DNA of 64,000 bases from Moniliella sp. 'wahieum' (lineage: Eukaryota): assembly GCA_003971905.1 (NCBI GenBank), contig RSEE01000027.1, forward strand, positions 1 through 64,000, in the 5' to 3' direction. The notes under the pieces are model-generated. The model was not told where the DNA came from. It worked only from the letters and a program-made list of their open reading frames with translations, and ran no database searches. Both the position numbers and the translations under genes were made by a program. Shown here one piece after another: positions 26,089 through 40,187 of the stretch; within the stretch, counting starts at the first letter, position 1, and every line of letters starts with the position of its first letter.

Positions 26089-27159
26089 CCCCCCCCTTTT
26101 GATCCCCGCTGTGCTGGACGTCTCCAGCCCACTAGCACCGGCTTCGTCTCAATTCGGTCGGCAGTGGTGCGACACCCGAGGACTGCTTTCTCCCCTAATT
26201 TCCCTAATTTCCCCCATCATAACTCTCGTCCTTCGACCTCATTTTCATCAATCATCTGATACCCCCATCCGCCCTCCATTCCCTCCACATTTGCCAACAT
26301 CATGTCTCCGAGAACACCACTTACGTTTGCCGAGTCACGTCTTAAATGTGCATGGACCACAACTCCCATACACGTATGACGTGTCTTTTGGAGTGCAATA
26401 AACTTGTTCGCGGTCAAGCTGTATAGCGCCGAGGATAGCCATGAGGGCATCTTGATTCTGTGGAATAGCGGTCGATGTGTCGCATAAGGAATGTCTTCAT
26501 GTACAAGGCGCACTGCTGGTAGTTCCCAGGAGGGTTGATGGGGCCGAAGGGGGAGAGGGCATACTTGTCAGCGATGATGTTGTAATGCGTATCAGCAGCC
26601 CTGCTGACCCCCCCTCACCTCCATCCTATTCAAGCCCGCCTGAAGCGAGCGGTCCGCACGACGTCTTGGTGTCCCATTGCCCCAAGTTTATTGTTCCTTT
26701 TGCTTCGCATAGTACGATGGGAGGATGCGTATCTGAGACCCTTTGTCGGATGTCCTTACCGTCAATGGGCTTGGTTTGGTGGGTTTGGTGGTTCGGCGAC
26801 ACAGTGCAGAGGCGATCCAAGATGTCATTCCTGTGTCGCAGCCGTTAGCACTACTACTAACAGCTCGCATGCCATCAGCTGTGTTGTTGCGCCTACTAAG
26901 AACCCACGCCCATCCTGTTCATCCGGCGTTTGCTGTCAGCCATGTGGTGAACTCGGTGTCTATGTAGACCCCCCGTACTTTTGTGGGAAAGGGGGTGTAT
27001 TCATGATCGATGCGACGTTAGGACATTTCGTTCAACAGTCTTTTCACATGAGAGAGAAATTCACGGGCGTTCCACAGGTTATGGGTATTGCATAGCAAAG
27101 TGAAGTAGACAGGGCTTGTGATCGACGCGAGACATAGGCTTGATTGTCATCAGTCCTCG

Positions 27160-30045
27160 TCAAGGGAAGGAGGTGTCATCAAACACCAAACGCCGTCCCA
27201 CCGCATTCACGAAGGTTGGCGACCGTGGTTCTTCCAAGGATCCTGCCAGCTCCTGCCGGGGATCAGCGGTCGTGTTGGGCGGCGGGCTGAAGCGACGCGT
27301 CGAGCCAACAGAGGGTGTTGGCGGGCCTCCACCAGAGTCAAAGAAGCCATAGCCCGTAGATCCCACATGCCTGTTCTTTTCCTCGGCCCCTTCATCAAAC
27401 ACGGCAGCCAACGCCGAAAGCGATGTTCGTGGTGAGACAATGGGCGCGGGCATACCCGTACTTACAAGATGACCAGTAGTCGTTCCGGGGGAACTGGACA
27501 GGTTGGTGGAAAAGCTGCTGGTGCGTCGGTACGACGTCGAAGAGGGCAGGTCCGATCGAATGGGAAGCCCCGTGCGCACGTCACACTCGTGCCCGAAGCA
27601 TCAATGTAGGTCCGCACCCGTCGTGTGTTGGCAGCTGCATGTACCGCCACGACCGCAGCGTGCATGCGCGCCAAAGCAGTACGAACATGGGCGAGGAAGC
27701 GCTTAGTTTGACGGTGGCGAGACGAAGCACACAAGGCCAAGCCACGATCTTGATAATGTAGCCCAATCCAAACCATGACTGCTAGTGGGGGCAAAGCCGA
27801 ACAAGCGCAAGGCAGGATTACCGCAGTTGGAGGTGCTGAGGATGGCCGCGTGTTGAGCATTGTCCAACCCGGATCGGTAAAGAGAGGTGGCACGGCAGGT
27901 TCTGAATCCTTCTTTGATTCCGCAGAACTCAAACTCATTGACGAAGGTGCTTTCCTCTCCTGTGCTGCTTGGTCTGGGTCGGACTCGTCCCCACCGTCCC
28001 CACTGTCACCATCTCCTTCCACTTGCTTGCCGTCGGCACCTTCTGGCTTGGTTCCAAGACCACGGCGCCACAGTTCGTGAAGGGCATAGAGGTGGCGGTC
28101 GCACCCTAATCCCTGAGCCGCCAGCCGGGACGAGCGGGTGTGAGTTGCACATGCTTGCCGAAGAGCCAGTACTACTTCTTGAGCAGAGCTCGCCTCTCCT
28201 CCGGCACCATGGTCAAGCCTCGCCGAAGCCGATTTCGTTTTGTTCTCCGTGGAGACCGGCTTGCTTGGTGGCTTGGACACCGAAGTCTTCAAGGAGGCGC
28301 CCTTGGTCGACTTGGAAGGTACGTCGGGCTCGTACCGAACATACGCCTTGCAAAAGTCGACACTTTGGGGCGAGACGGTACGGATTGCTTCAGTGCGACC
28401 TTGACGGAAGTGCTTGGTCATAGCTGGCTCGTAGGTCATCACGCTCCGTCCATAGAGGGAAAAGTAGGCGGCTTGCAATGCCATCTGCACCCAGGCATCG
28501 GGGCTGAATCCATGGGCAGTGATGAATGCCTTTCCGTATCCATCAAACTCGAGGACCGCACATTCGTTGGCGCACACCAGATCGCTCAGACGGGCCTCCG
28601 CATGTGCAACAGCCGACCCAAGTGACTGGTTCCATCGCCATTCGAGTGCACGGGGTGAAGTGCAATACGTTTGATCGGGTACGACGGGTGCGGTCGCACC
28701 TGATTTGCCCCCGAGCGTTTCGTAGGGCCGCCACGAGCATAAGGGGAGAGGGTGCGTTAAACAAGCTCTTGGTGCGTGCATGAATGCTGCGCGCAAAGCG
28801 CATGATCAGTTCGGTATACACATCCGCCACAAACCTAAGAACGGTATGGCCATCGAGAGCGGTGTGTTCAAAGTTGATACCTGCGCTTCCACTGGGAGTC
28901 ACAACAATCTGCAGCTTGTCCCACCAGCGATTGGTGCAGGTTCCAACTTGCCCCCGGTGTACTGGCCAAGTCGTCCTGTTCCGTTTGGTCGGGGGTGAGA
29001 ATGTTATAGGTGCCGGCCAACATGGCTTCGGCCAGCTGTGCCGGGTCCTCTGTTTCGCCACTTCGCTCTGACGAAGTCTCATCATCCAAACAAAGCACGA
29101 AGAGGGCCTCATCAATCATCTTCAGGCATGCCTGGTTGTGGGGATCCGAAATAAGCTTTTCGCGCTGGGCGTGCCAGCGCCCCCGCTTGTTGGCGGTCAA
29201 GATACCGACGGCCACACCCTCTGCCGCGGCGGGTGGCCGTGCATCTGCATCATCACAGATAGCTTGCAAGGTGCGGACCAAAGTCGCTTCCGTCCAGAGT
29301 GGCCGATGCTGGGAGTCGATGGCATCAAACCAATAGGCGTATCCGCGACGGAGAACAACCACGTGTTTTGCATCCGGCGCCACCGACATCTTGCACCCTA
29401 GGCTTGTGCCAGTGGGAATACGGGCCGTGCCGAAAAGCCAAGCATACTGGCTCATGTCAAGGGGCGTGCCTCGCACTTCGTCTGCGGGCAACTGGCCCGT
29501 ACGCAAGTCAGAAATGAAAGCGAGTGCAGCTAGAGTCAGATTAGCGGCGCGCATCAGCTGGCTTCCACGAGAAGGCGTGGGGTCGTCCCTATTACCGCGA
29601 GAACAGCGAGAAAAGAGAGTTAGAGCGGGACGATGCATGCATGCACAAGGGGGGGGGGGAGACGGAGTAACAAGGATGAGCAAAGGACATACTCGAGAAT
29701 GAAGAAGGGGTTCAGATTGAGCACAACAGAGTCGGTGGCTTGGAGGTAGGCATCGTTCCAAAATTCGGCAATATACGAGGTGCGGGTGGAAGCGTATTGG
29801 TGCAGGCGTTGCTGCAGCTGGGGGCCATCGTGGTGGAGGAAGTGTTCGACGGCACGGCGGGTGCGCTGATGCTGTTCGGGTGCTTGGAGCGGTGCGAGGG
29901 CAGCGAGGTAGCGCTGGCAGGTGTCGGCCAAGGGTGGGATGGGCAGGCGAGGCAGCTCGTCCTGGTGCGCAAATGTCTGGCCGGTAAAGACACCTTGGGT
30001 GGCCAGTGCCACCGCGTTGGGCGTAGACGCATTGGCGGCGGGCAT
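27160..30045 (-). CDS. YAT1: Carnitine O-acetyltransferase, YAT1/FacC type
   Basis: TFAHQDELPRLPIPPLADTCQRYL, SVVLNLNPFFILE|DDPTP (intron 29589-29692), TCTNRWWDKLQIVV, catalytic INFEHTALDGH, SPDAWVQMALQAAY, TYEPAMTKHFRQGRTEAIR, GCDRHLYAL. Confidence 0.92.
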
Positions 30046-30680
30046 GGCGGCGGGGGCGGGAGGAGAGAAGGCACAGGGCAGAAGGGTGGCGAGGGGCGGT
30101 GTGGCGACCAGGGGCAGACCAAGCAAGCGCGGCTTATAAGGAGCAAGGATGCCCCTCCTGCATAATTAGAACGCAGCTGCTGGGGCGGCCGGTGGAGGAG
30201 AGCGCCGGAGCAGAAACGCTGCAGGCCAAGGTGCACTGCTGGTGCAGTGTGCTGCTGGCTGCGTCGACAGCCTCGACCTCAGTCGGCTGGAACCTGGAAC
30301 CGCAGTGGCCTAGCCGATGAAAACCTCGCGTTGAGGCAGCTGAGCGCTGGGGCTGCTGGAGCCCAGGCTCACGCACCATGCGCCATGTAAACCGGTGACC
30401 TCCCTCTTCTGTGTGCCTGGTGGCTCGAAGCTTGATCGATCCTTGATCGGTTGCTGGTTATCGAGTTATCAATTGTCCATGAGCTTTGTTTACGTTTGGG
30501 GTAGGATGGTGGCAGGGCCGAGCCAGGAACAGGGGCAGTGTCCGCTACCGGCTACCGCGGTTGGCCCTGCCAGGCCCAGTCCGCTGCCCTTGCAGCCGCT
30601 GGCTTGTCCGGCAGGTGCGGGGTAGCGAGACAATGTCTGGGATACGCTCCGCCTACGCGCTATGCATTATGGCGAAGGAG

Positions 30681-31388
30681 ATGATCGATGATCGATGACG
30701 TGTGACGCGTGACGGCTGTGCTGCTGCGGTGTGTTTAGGAGGCACCAGGGACACCACGGGCACCTGCTGGATACCCCCTACCCGCTGTGCCTGCGGCCCG
30801 TGCCCAGTGCTTGCGCATAGCGGCGGCTAATATCGTGCTGGGTGCCGCGGACCGCGGTTTTCGAACATTTGCTGTGGCCCTGTCCCCCCGCGTCTGGCCC
30901 ATTGTCCCGGCTGCCCCAACCAACCCATCTGGCGTTGATGTGCTGGCTTGGCGCTGCCCGCCCTGCCCAGCCCTTGCACCCGAAACCCCCGTGGCCCAGC
31001 CTGTGCGTCATCGACTTCGGCTCCCGCCCGCCTGTCCCACCTGAGCGTGATGCATTGATGCTGCATGCATTACACATCACATGTTACACTGCCCACGGCT
31101 GCCTTCCTGTCTGCCCATCCATTTTATCGCTTGCTCGCTTCACTAGTGCACCCTTCTCCGTATCATATCTCCATCATCCGCCGGCACCGATCATCGATCA
31201 TCGACCACCCTCAGCAACTGTGGCAGGCGCCAGAGAGCAATCCCCCACTTTAATGGTGATTCATCTCACTTTTATCTCTCCTTTCCTCTGCCCCCATCCT
31301 CACAGCGAAGGGAGTGACCCACCGCACATCTCGTAGAAGAGGTGTGCATGCCAGGGTCATTAATCATTCATCATGCATCATGCATCAT
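30681..31388. repeat. Dispersed quasi-palindromic heptamers (ATCGATG, ACGCGTG, ATGCATC units) upstream of YAT1
   Basis: ATGATCGATGATCGATGAC...GTGACGCGTGAC at 30681-30713; CATCATGCATCATGCATCAT at 31369-31388. Confidence 0.7.
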
Positions 31389-31730
31389 TCACCATCCACT
31401 CCATTGTCCCCCCTCTCCCCCAGGCCACAGATATACTTACTCTTCCCGGCGGCAAGAGTGCGGGGCGTTTCACCGTCGTCGCCCCACGCCACCCCCACGT
31501 CGGGAAACAACAATCGCATCACAGTTGCTCGGTCCCCACATGCCGAGCACCGCTGTATATATCGCTTCCGAGATCCTTAATAGATGCGTTCAAGGTTCAA
31601 CGTGTTCAACGTCCACTCTTCTCGAACTTTCTTCCTTCTCTCTCTCGGGCCTAGTATTGTTAGCATACCGATCGCTCCTCTCCTAGCCGCGCCCACTGGT
31701 GCCGGCGCCAGAGCGGCAGAGCGGTATAAG

Positions 31731-32106
31731 TGTAAGGGGTGCCGTTTTTCGTTTTCGGAACTTTCGCTACTTGTCTCAGAACCCTCGCGCTTAGGCACAG
31801 GCTTTTATTGGGCCCTCTGATAGCGACCGCTGAATATACTGGTGAACTTACTGACTCGCAAAGGGAGATCGGTTGAGACGGAGATGAGAGAGGTTTGCGC
31901 TTCTTTTTTGAAGCTTTTGCTTTTTTGAAGCTTTTTTGAAGGGCGATATTTATACTTCGGAGTTGGCTACTAAGTCTCAGTGGGAATGGTTCCTCGCTCG
32001 GATGTCAACCACGTTCATCCCTGTCCACACGCGCTTCCTAGAGTACGGGACCGGAGGCGAGAACCGGAGGGTCCTGATATCCTGGTGATCCCGCTGGTTC
32101 CTTGAC
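31731..32106 (-). mobile_element. Possible solo LTR of an LTR retrotransposon
   Basis: Quasi-inverted ends TGTAAGG...CCTTGAC, TATAAATA (31947-31954) then AATAAA (31804-31809) on the - strand, internal TTTTTTGAAG repeats, about 375 bp. No perfect CA end or target-site duplication at this boundary. Confidence 0.4.
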
Positions 32107-32752
32107 CTTAGTGGCGCTTCCAAGTAACCCCCGCAAGATGAACTGTTCGGTTTAGACGTAGCGTTCCCCCTGTCCCAGCCTTAAGCTCTGTCATGATATG
32201 GATTCTCATCTTGCGGTCAAATCCATATGATCGCTTATCTCAGATCAGTCAGAAGCTTGTATCCTACTATTGATGTGCTACACCCTCTAGAACTATTTTT
32301 GGTATCTTTTGACGATGACAGGAGTAGAGGGCGGGCAAAAAGGTGGCTGAGAATCGAGCGAAGAGGAAACTCCGGGGGGGCGGAGGGGCCGGTAAGGTGC
32401 AGTCCCCAGGCATGCCAAGCCAGCGGGCCTTGTGGCGGACCCAGCCTCTGATGTGGGCGTCAGGCAGCAAAAAGCGAGTCAGCCGAACGCGTATAACGTG
32501 TGTATTTGTTCGCGTATCATTGATGACATAAGCAGGCTCCGTTTGGGCCACAAGTTGGGCAGAGCCGACATGGTTAGGCTAGGGTGTGCATGCAGCCCAC
32601 TGCAAGCGTTGGTAGTGCAGCGCGGGTCTCCTCCACCCGCGACCCATCTTCGCCATCACCATCGGGCTCCTCCCCACCTCTTCCCGCAGAGCAGACGGAA
32701 GGAACTTCTTCTCGGCCTCCGGGCACATTCAAGGACGCATGCAGTGTCGAGG

Positions 32753-34539
32753 ATGTCCATGCGCCCCCTGATCACCAGGCGGAAGTCAGAAGGTACCTGC
32801 AAGGACGATGTTGCATCCGACGTGGATCAATTGGCCTATGCGCTTGAATCCGACCTGAGATTGACTTCCCCATTCTCTCGGGATTCGCAACGTCCCAACT
32901 ACAAGCTTGGCTTTCCCGACGACGCTGAAGGCGACAGGCGGCCCCTTGGGCATGCCAAACCATTGGACGAGCTCAATACAACCCCTCTTCCTACCCGCTC
33001 TGCCCCAAAGGGCCACCAACAACCACCAGTCAGAGCCAAAGGCGGACCTGGTAGTGCCTTATCTGTCCCGATCGTACTCTCGGACGATAGCTCCGATGAG
33101 GAAGCGCCTGTGAGGACGGCCTCTCGCCCAAGACGCAGTCATTCGCCTGAACCGAGCAAGGAAGCATGTGTTGCCGATCCAGAGCGTCCCACGACCACAA
33201 AAACTAAGGATTCCTTTCCTTCCTGTCAATCTGCATCTGGACGTCATCAAATCAAGCAAGGCAAAGGCAAGACTGCCCCTTACAGGGACTACTGCTTGCG
33301 CGAGCCTGATCTACTTCACCATGTACGTCTTATTTCTACGTACCTCTGACCCCGGGAGATTGAATGGGATGCGGACTAACGTTGGGATGCAGCTTCGCAT
33401 ACAGCGAGAGGGGAGGCGTCGAAAGCAAGATCAGCTTCGTCAGGTTCGCCAATGGATTCATCATGATTCCCCGAGCAAACGGTGGGGGTCCATGCCAAGG
33501 TGGTCGATGTCATCTTGAAGGGTGGCAGCGTTCTACAGACTCTCGAAGTCCTGGGGCACACACGGATGAAGAGACTCCATCGAAGGCGGAGGAGGTCTCC
33601 CCAAGGCAGATGAAGAGGGTCTACCCAAGGCGCAGAAAGAGGTGCCCTTCACGGCAAAGAGAGAAGTGCCGTCTGATGGGAAAAAATATCTTATGTCCAA
33701 GCCAGAAGAAACTCAGCCGACTCCCCTCAAGCGCCGAAAGAGTTGGATTCTAGGTCGCCCCCCATTTCCATCCTCCTCCTGACGGATGAGCAGGAGGCTT
33801 CAGTACAGGCCGCATGGAAGGACTGCGCGTTGCTGGTGAGCATACCCGGCGCTCAAGTCACTTATCAAGATCTGCTCAGGCTTCGCCCTGGCCGTTGGGT
33901 CAACGACGAGGCGATCAACTTCTACGGTCAATTGATACTCCAGCGCTCTCAACGAGCCATGGCCTTGCGCAGCCAAGCTTTGCACTCGGGTGCTCAGGCC
34001 TATTGTGACATCCACTTCTTTTCGTCTTTTTTTGGACCAAGCTGGCCGCCCAGGGTCATGCCGGTGTAGCACGGTGGACCCGCCGAGTCAATATTTTTAC
34101 CAAAGACAAAATGCTCTTTCCCGTCGTAGGCAATTCACACTGGACGTGTGGATGCATTGACCTGCGACGCGGTCGGATTGAATATTACGACTCGATGCAT
34201 CACCGGTTCCCTGCTTTCTTTCGCAAACTCCGCCACTGGCTTGTTTCCGAACACATGGCCCAGTATGGCACACCGCTCAATCTCGACAAAGAGGGTTGGA
34301 CCGACTTTGTTCCCTCTCACTTTCCCGTCCAGACAAATGGGTCCGACTGTGGCGTGTTCACCATGGCTGCGCTGGAGCAGCTTAGTCGGCGCGACCCAAC
34401 TGTGCCGGTATCGCCAGCTGACGATAGCGGATCCGAGTCAGATGATCCACAGTTCAACTTTACGGGGAAGACCATGCGGTACCTTCGGAAACGGTTTGTG
34501 TATGAGTTAGTGCACAAAGAGCTATTGGATACGATTTAA
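32753..34539 (+). CDS. ULP1: SUMO-specific cysteine protease (peptidase C48, Ulp1 type)
   Basis: DLLRLRPGRWVNDEAINFY, HFFSSFF, catalytic SHWT, IEYYDSM and QTNGSDCGVF; long disordered N-terminus; intron at about 33323-33392. Confidence 0.9.
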
Positions 34540-35662
34540 TGGCCGCGTTCTCATCTCTTATGAACTGGGTCCAGTCCCCTTCTGTCACGGGCTGCGGCGG
34601 ACTCGAGATGGTCCCACCGAAGCTAAGGCCCGCCTGCTCCGCACATGCCCAGTAGAGCGTACTCCGCAGTAGGCCAACCAAGTGTGATGATGGTTGGCTA
34701 AATTAAGTATCGTGGCCGAAGGGCCATGCTCCGTGCGACAATACTATGACATGTCTTCCTTTCTACACCCCCTCTTGTATCAGTTTCCGTTTTGATCCTG
34801 CCTGTACCCTGGTTGATGGGGATCCTTTCCCCCCTTCCATTCTCGTCCCCACTCTCGTCTCAACCCCCTCGTCTACCCTCGCCTATCCTGTCCGACTCCT
34901 GTCCGTTTTCCAGCCAATTGATCCTGTACAGGCAGCCTACTCTTGTTAGTGTCCGACACCTCCGACCTCGTTCTCCAGCCATTCGTCAGTCCAGTCGCGC
35001 GAGCCCTCCTCTGACCGCGTCGATTTCCAGTCTCAGTTGAGGCAGTGTTTGTCCGCCGCTGTCTCCTCCCTCCCTAAGTCCCGGAGGCTTCAGACACGTT
35101 ACTACGGCCCAAGCCGGTGCAGACGCAGCCTTGCCGCACGTGCAGCTGCCCCACCAAAGGCCTCCCTCGTCCCTAGCTCCGCTCGGATACACCAACCAGC
35201 CCGACCCCAATACTACCGTGAGTCGACCTACCGTCGCCTAAGGGACTGTACCCCAAAACCCCAGGGCGGGTCCGCCTGGCGGCGCCCGCCCGTGACACCT
35301 TCCGGTTGTCGACCCCATCTATATTGTGCACCCGCTCTTGTACATTGCAAGTGTCGCGAATGCCCTGATTATTCATTGGCCATCTCACTGTTTGCCATTT
35401 ATGTTATGTTTGTGAACGCCTCCCCCAGATCGTACTCTATAATGATGTCAGAGAACGCGGGGCTTCTTATGCAACCTGGCTGAAGCCTGAACGACTATCT
35501 TGCCATTCGCGTCGATCGACGTTTTCATATAGATTCCGGGCCTCATATCTGATTGATATCTACACCCTACATATACCAGCAGACCGTTCTGCAGTATACT
35601 TTCGCATTGATCAGACCATCCCACAAGTCAAAGGCCACGTTCATGGTGCGGTCAATGGGATG

Positions 35663-37372
35663 CTACAATGGGTGCAGCAACCAAGGCGCGGCCTGGCCCA
35701 ACTCCCAAAGTGCCGCACCGGCGCCGGGCCACTGCGCCAGGAGCTCCCTCCGCTTGAGCATGGTGTAGGCAGAAGGGATGTAAGCGCGGTAGTAGATCCC
35801 TTCACGCGTACCTCCTTGGCCATTGGGCAAGGGAAGAGCGTCTTTTCCAGGGGCAATGTAGTCAAACGTGGTCTCATAGCTCTCTGGATCATTGTAAAGC
35901 AAGGGCCGACGATAACCATTGCAGCGCGTCCTGATGCGTCATCGGTTCTCCTTGGTTCCGCAGCAGCGGTACTTTGCCTCGCTCCTTTCTCTCTCCCTGA
36001 GCCCGTGCCTTGGACGCAGCAATGGACGAATGCTGGCGGGCACGGGGGGGTGCAGCAGGAGGAACCTTAGGCTGGCCTCTCCCCGACTTGGGGTCAATCC
36101 AGATAACAGGGTAGGTGTATCCATACAGTGGCATACCCACAAGCACTTTATGCGCATGTTCAGGGGATACGAGCCCACCAAAGTTGGCTCCGCTCGACTC
36201 GGTTGGGTGACGTGGCTGCTGGTCGCCGAATGCACCCGTTTCCGACAAGGGCACCCCTCCCATCCTCTTAATCTGTTCGTCAATGGTGCCCATCTCCTCC
36301 TCTTCGGGCGAAGTCTCTGGCGGAGAGCCCAGCAGGGTTTGCAGGTTTGTCTCCAGGAACGTTTTGGGTTGGTTGGGCCCAGGGACCCGCATGTGCTTCC
36401 GCATCTCGGCATCCGTGTCGGTCCGGAGTGGACTTTCGGCCGAAACGTTGTACTTGTCCAGGTCCACCAGCTCACCCGCTGCACCGACATGATCGTAGGT
36501 CATGACAGAGATCAAATCGACGTGGGGAACAACCACTTCCACAGCATGGGCCAGGACTGAAGTTGTGGATTCCTCGTCGGAACGGAAGGGAGGAAAGACA
36601 ACCACGAATGTCTTTCCCGCCTTTTCGAATGCGTCACCGATCATGGCCACCCCTTGAGGTGCACGCCATGCCGCACTGCTTTCGAATACTGCGCCATCAA
36701 ACCCTTCCCGGTTCACCACATCCAAGATGGTGCGAGCCAATTGGCTTGCTTTTTCGGGCTGGAGAAGCGCACTGTCATCGGTACCCATCCAGTTCTCCAG
36801 CAAGAAACGGGGAACCACTTGGAGGGGCGGAAGTTCTTGGCCATCGGGCGCCTCGACAGGCGTCTGCAGCCGTTTCACTCACACCACGCCCGGTCCTCCT
36901 CGGTGGGGAACCCGCCACCGACCGGGTAATCACCCTCCTTTCCCTTCCCATTCTCGGTATGTGGCTGGACAGTGTACCAAACAGGAGAAACCAGATCCAG
37001 CTTGCCGCGGTACAGCTCGGTGTTGTCTCGCCCTGTCGGCTGGTTCCAAGGGGTAACATAGCCCAGGACCGTGGCAGGCGCAGAGAGGAAGCGAGTGTGG
37101 TTTGTCCACCACGACTGGGTTGGCGGGGCGAGTTTGTCAAGGCCCCAAGAACTCTTATTGACCACCAGCTCTGCGGCTGGGTGCGGGCCGTACAAATCGA
37201 GAGGCTCTTGGGTCGAGTAGCGAGAAGAGAGGCCAAAGTGAGGAAAGTCCCCCAAATCTTCCATTGACAGGTTGAGTTGCAGGTCCTGCATCATTTGATT
37301 GATGTCTGGCGTTTGTGCCCACGAGCCGGCGACTGCACTGAGCAGATACACGGGCAAGAGAAGCGAACGCAT
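35663..37372 (-). CDS. Chitinase-domain-containing protein 1-like (GH18, CHID1 type), with signal peptide
   Basis: Signal peptide MRSLLLPVYLLSAVAGSWA; VLGYVTPWN, KLDLVSPVWY, GFDGAVFE, ISVMTYD, KVLVGMPLYGY, GAALWELGQ. Confidence 0.85.
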
Positions 37373-38962
37373 GGTGGAAATCGCAAGATGGTGGCCAAAA
37401 CCCAGAACGAAGCGTCTTCGGTGGTGTGGGGTTAAACGGCAACCGGTAAACGTTTGGGCTCCACGTCACCGTCGCCCGGCTTCTCAGTGGTTCGATCAAT
37501 TTCATCATTTCAGAAAGCTCAGACAACGCACTGGGGAATGATTCATGCAAGATCATTGATCAACCTACATTAATGAGATCAGAAAGTGGCTCGGCAGAAG
37601 TGAAAAAACGAATAGAATAGAGAGAGGGGTGGGTCTTCTGTTAGCACAGCACAGCATATGCTTTCATCGACAGACTATGCGCCTAAACGGCCCCGAAGTA
37701 CGGAAACTTGTAAGCCTCTCTCGAATCGATCATCCTTGGCAGTCACTAGTCATCAGAGGCAGAGGCCAAAACCTGCGATCTGGTTCAGGCCGTTCAGGGG
37801 AGGTGAGCATTTGGTTAAGAGCAATCCGTTGAGCCCCACAACGCTTTTATGATTTTAGGGCCGCTCAATGTGCAAACCCTGGGTACGATCCCATACAAGC
37901 TGAAGGAGGGCGCCAAGAGCACGTAAGAGATGCGAAAAAGAGAACTGTGTAGTAGTGTTACTCAAATTGGGTGAGGCCGAATGCATAAAGCCATTAGCAA
38001 ACGTCGAGTCAGAAGTTACCGAGAAGCAATGCAAAAGCGAACGAACAGTGGGTCTCATGGGGCGCATCGACTTTTGGGGGAGCATGCATCAAAATAAGTT
38101 ATTTTGGCATAAAATCAGGGAGCTTGCCCTGGGCGGCTAGCTGTGCAGAGAACTGCTTTACTTCTACCGGGGTGAGAAGAAACTTTCTGGTATGATAAGC
38201 CAGAACATGGCCTCAGGCTGCATCTCGGTTGTATCAGTCACTATCAATGCTCTGTCATTAGGCACGACCCCCTCACGGTCAGGAATGAAGTATGGGTGGG
38301 AGCGAATACCTTCATCGGCATCAAGTCCTGAACCTTCCCACAGAATGGCCTTGATACCACGCCTGTCTCCTCCGATCAGATGGCCCACCCTGCGTTCGTT
38401 CATTTTCGCATCTGAATGGGCGGTCCTAAGTTTGCTTGAGTACCGTCTCCTTCTCTCGGGCACCATCTCTCGGCGACATACGCAATCTCTTGTGGATCAT
38501 TTTGGCAGAGGCAAAACGAATGCTTGTGCCGGGCGCCGGGGCGAAAATGGCTCGCACTACGTGGAGCACAGGGACATGTGGGTGCATGAGAGAGGGGGAT
38601 GGCAAGCTAATATGGAGGGGAACGGCTGGGCGAGGGAGAGAATTAATAGCATCATCAGCGTCGGTAGAGAAAGGCAAGCGGCCGACTCCCTGCACCAGTG
38701 TTCGCACTACGTTCCTCTCGATGCTGGCTGGCTGCACAGGGGCAGTATCTGGCGCCGGCAGGGACCTGAGGCCTGAAGCTCGATGCGCCCGCCCAGCATC
38801 CTCTATGGTGCTCCCGGCGGAACATGCAAACGCGGGAAAGCGGAATCCGCGACTCGGCAGCGCACTGCCGGCGCAGAGGGAACATCGGATACCCTCCTCC
38901 TCGACGGCGGCTCGGAGAGTGTCTCTCTCTCGGCCGTCTGTTCTCACTTGCCCTCGCTCGAC

Positions 38963-40187
38963 ATGCTGCGGGCGACACTGGTGGCCCGGCGGGCCATGCA
39001 GCACATTGCGGATGCCGTGGCAGTCGATCATGTCAAATGCTCGCCTGGTCTCGATGTTTTCCGCTCCCGCTCCGACTCATTCTGGAAGCCTGCCAATGCA
39101 CGCGGCGTCTTCGGTGGCCAGGTCCTCGCTCAATCCCTCTGTTCCGCGGGCCACACGGTCCGTGAGGACATGTCCCTGCACAGCGTGCACTCCTACTTTC
39201 TTCTTGGCGCTGATCCTCGCGAGCCCATCGAGTTTGACGTTCAGCGTCTCCGCGACGGCGGGCGGTACGCCTCTCGCGCGACCCGCGCCCAGCGGGGCAA
39301 AACCATCTTCATGGCAATGTCCTCCTATCATACGGGGAGCCCGACCAACCATCCTTCCAACTTGACCTATTTGCTCCCTGGGCCGATCCTTCTGGTACGC
39401 ATTCTAAGACTAGCAACGGAACGTTGGGCGCGGCCTCTGAATACCCCCTTTTACCGTATTATCGTCACCTGGCAAGACGCCGCCACAGCACAGTAACCGA
39501 TGTGGCGCAATATACGAGCTCGCTTCTTCCACCCGAAGAAAGCAAGCCTTCGGAAGATCGTTTTCGCAACCTTTTGCTTTCCAAGCGTGAGGTGGGACGC
39601 TCCTCTGACCCACTTACGCCCAACTCACCACAAGCAATTGAGGCCTACTTAGCCGATCGCCGCGTCTCCCCCTTCGAGATTCGTGATGCGGACCCGGCCA
39701 TGTGGGACGAATTTGGGGCACCGATACCTGGCACGCGGCAAGCATTTTGGTTGCGTGCCCGTGAGTCTTTGCTGGGCGACCAGTCCAGCACGCTACGCGA
39801 CCTCAACAAGTTGGCGCTAGCGTATGCATCAGACTTTAACTTCCTTCCCACCATTACGAAAGCGCTGGGAATGCACAAAGCTAGCATGATCGTCACTCTG
39901 GACCACTCTATGCACTTTTACTCCACCGAGTTTGATGCCCATGATTGGATGCTCTTTGTTATGCAAGCTCAAGCGGCAAACAATGGTCGTGGAGTGGTTT
40001 TGGGACGTGTTTACCGCCGTGACGGTGCGCTGATTGCAGTCGCTGTAAGTATCCTCACCACATTTGTTTCTCCGGGGATGGCAACTGATTGGATGAAATC
40101 CAGACCCAGGAGGGTGTCCTGCGAACAGATACAGGCAAAGCCAAGCCGAGGGAAGCGATTGACTCGTCCGCCCCAACACCCAAGTAA
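38963..40187 (+). CDS. TES1: Acyl-CoA thioesterase II (TesB/ACOT8 family)
   Basis: ARGVFGGQVLAQ, LHSVHSYFLL, VQRLRDG, LAYASD, TLDHSMHFY, GRGVVLGRVYRRDGALIAVA|TQEGVLR (intron 40045-40103). Confidence 0.92.

Noticed and set aside
7810..40187. Acyl-CoA metabolic gene cluster (HMG1, YAT1, TES1)
   Set aside because: The genes are separated by many unrelated housekeeping genes; there is no backbone synthase or cluster regulator.
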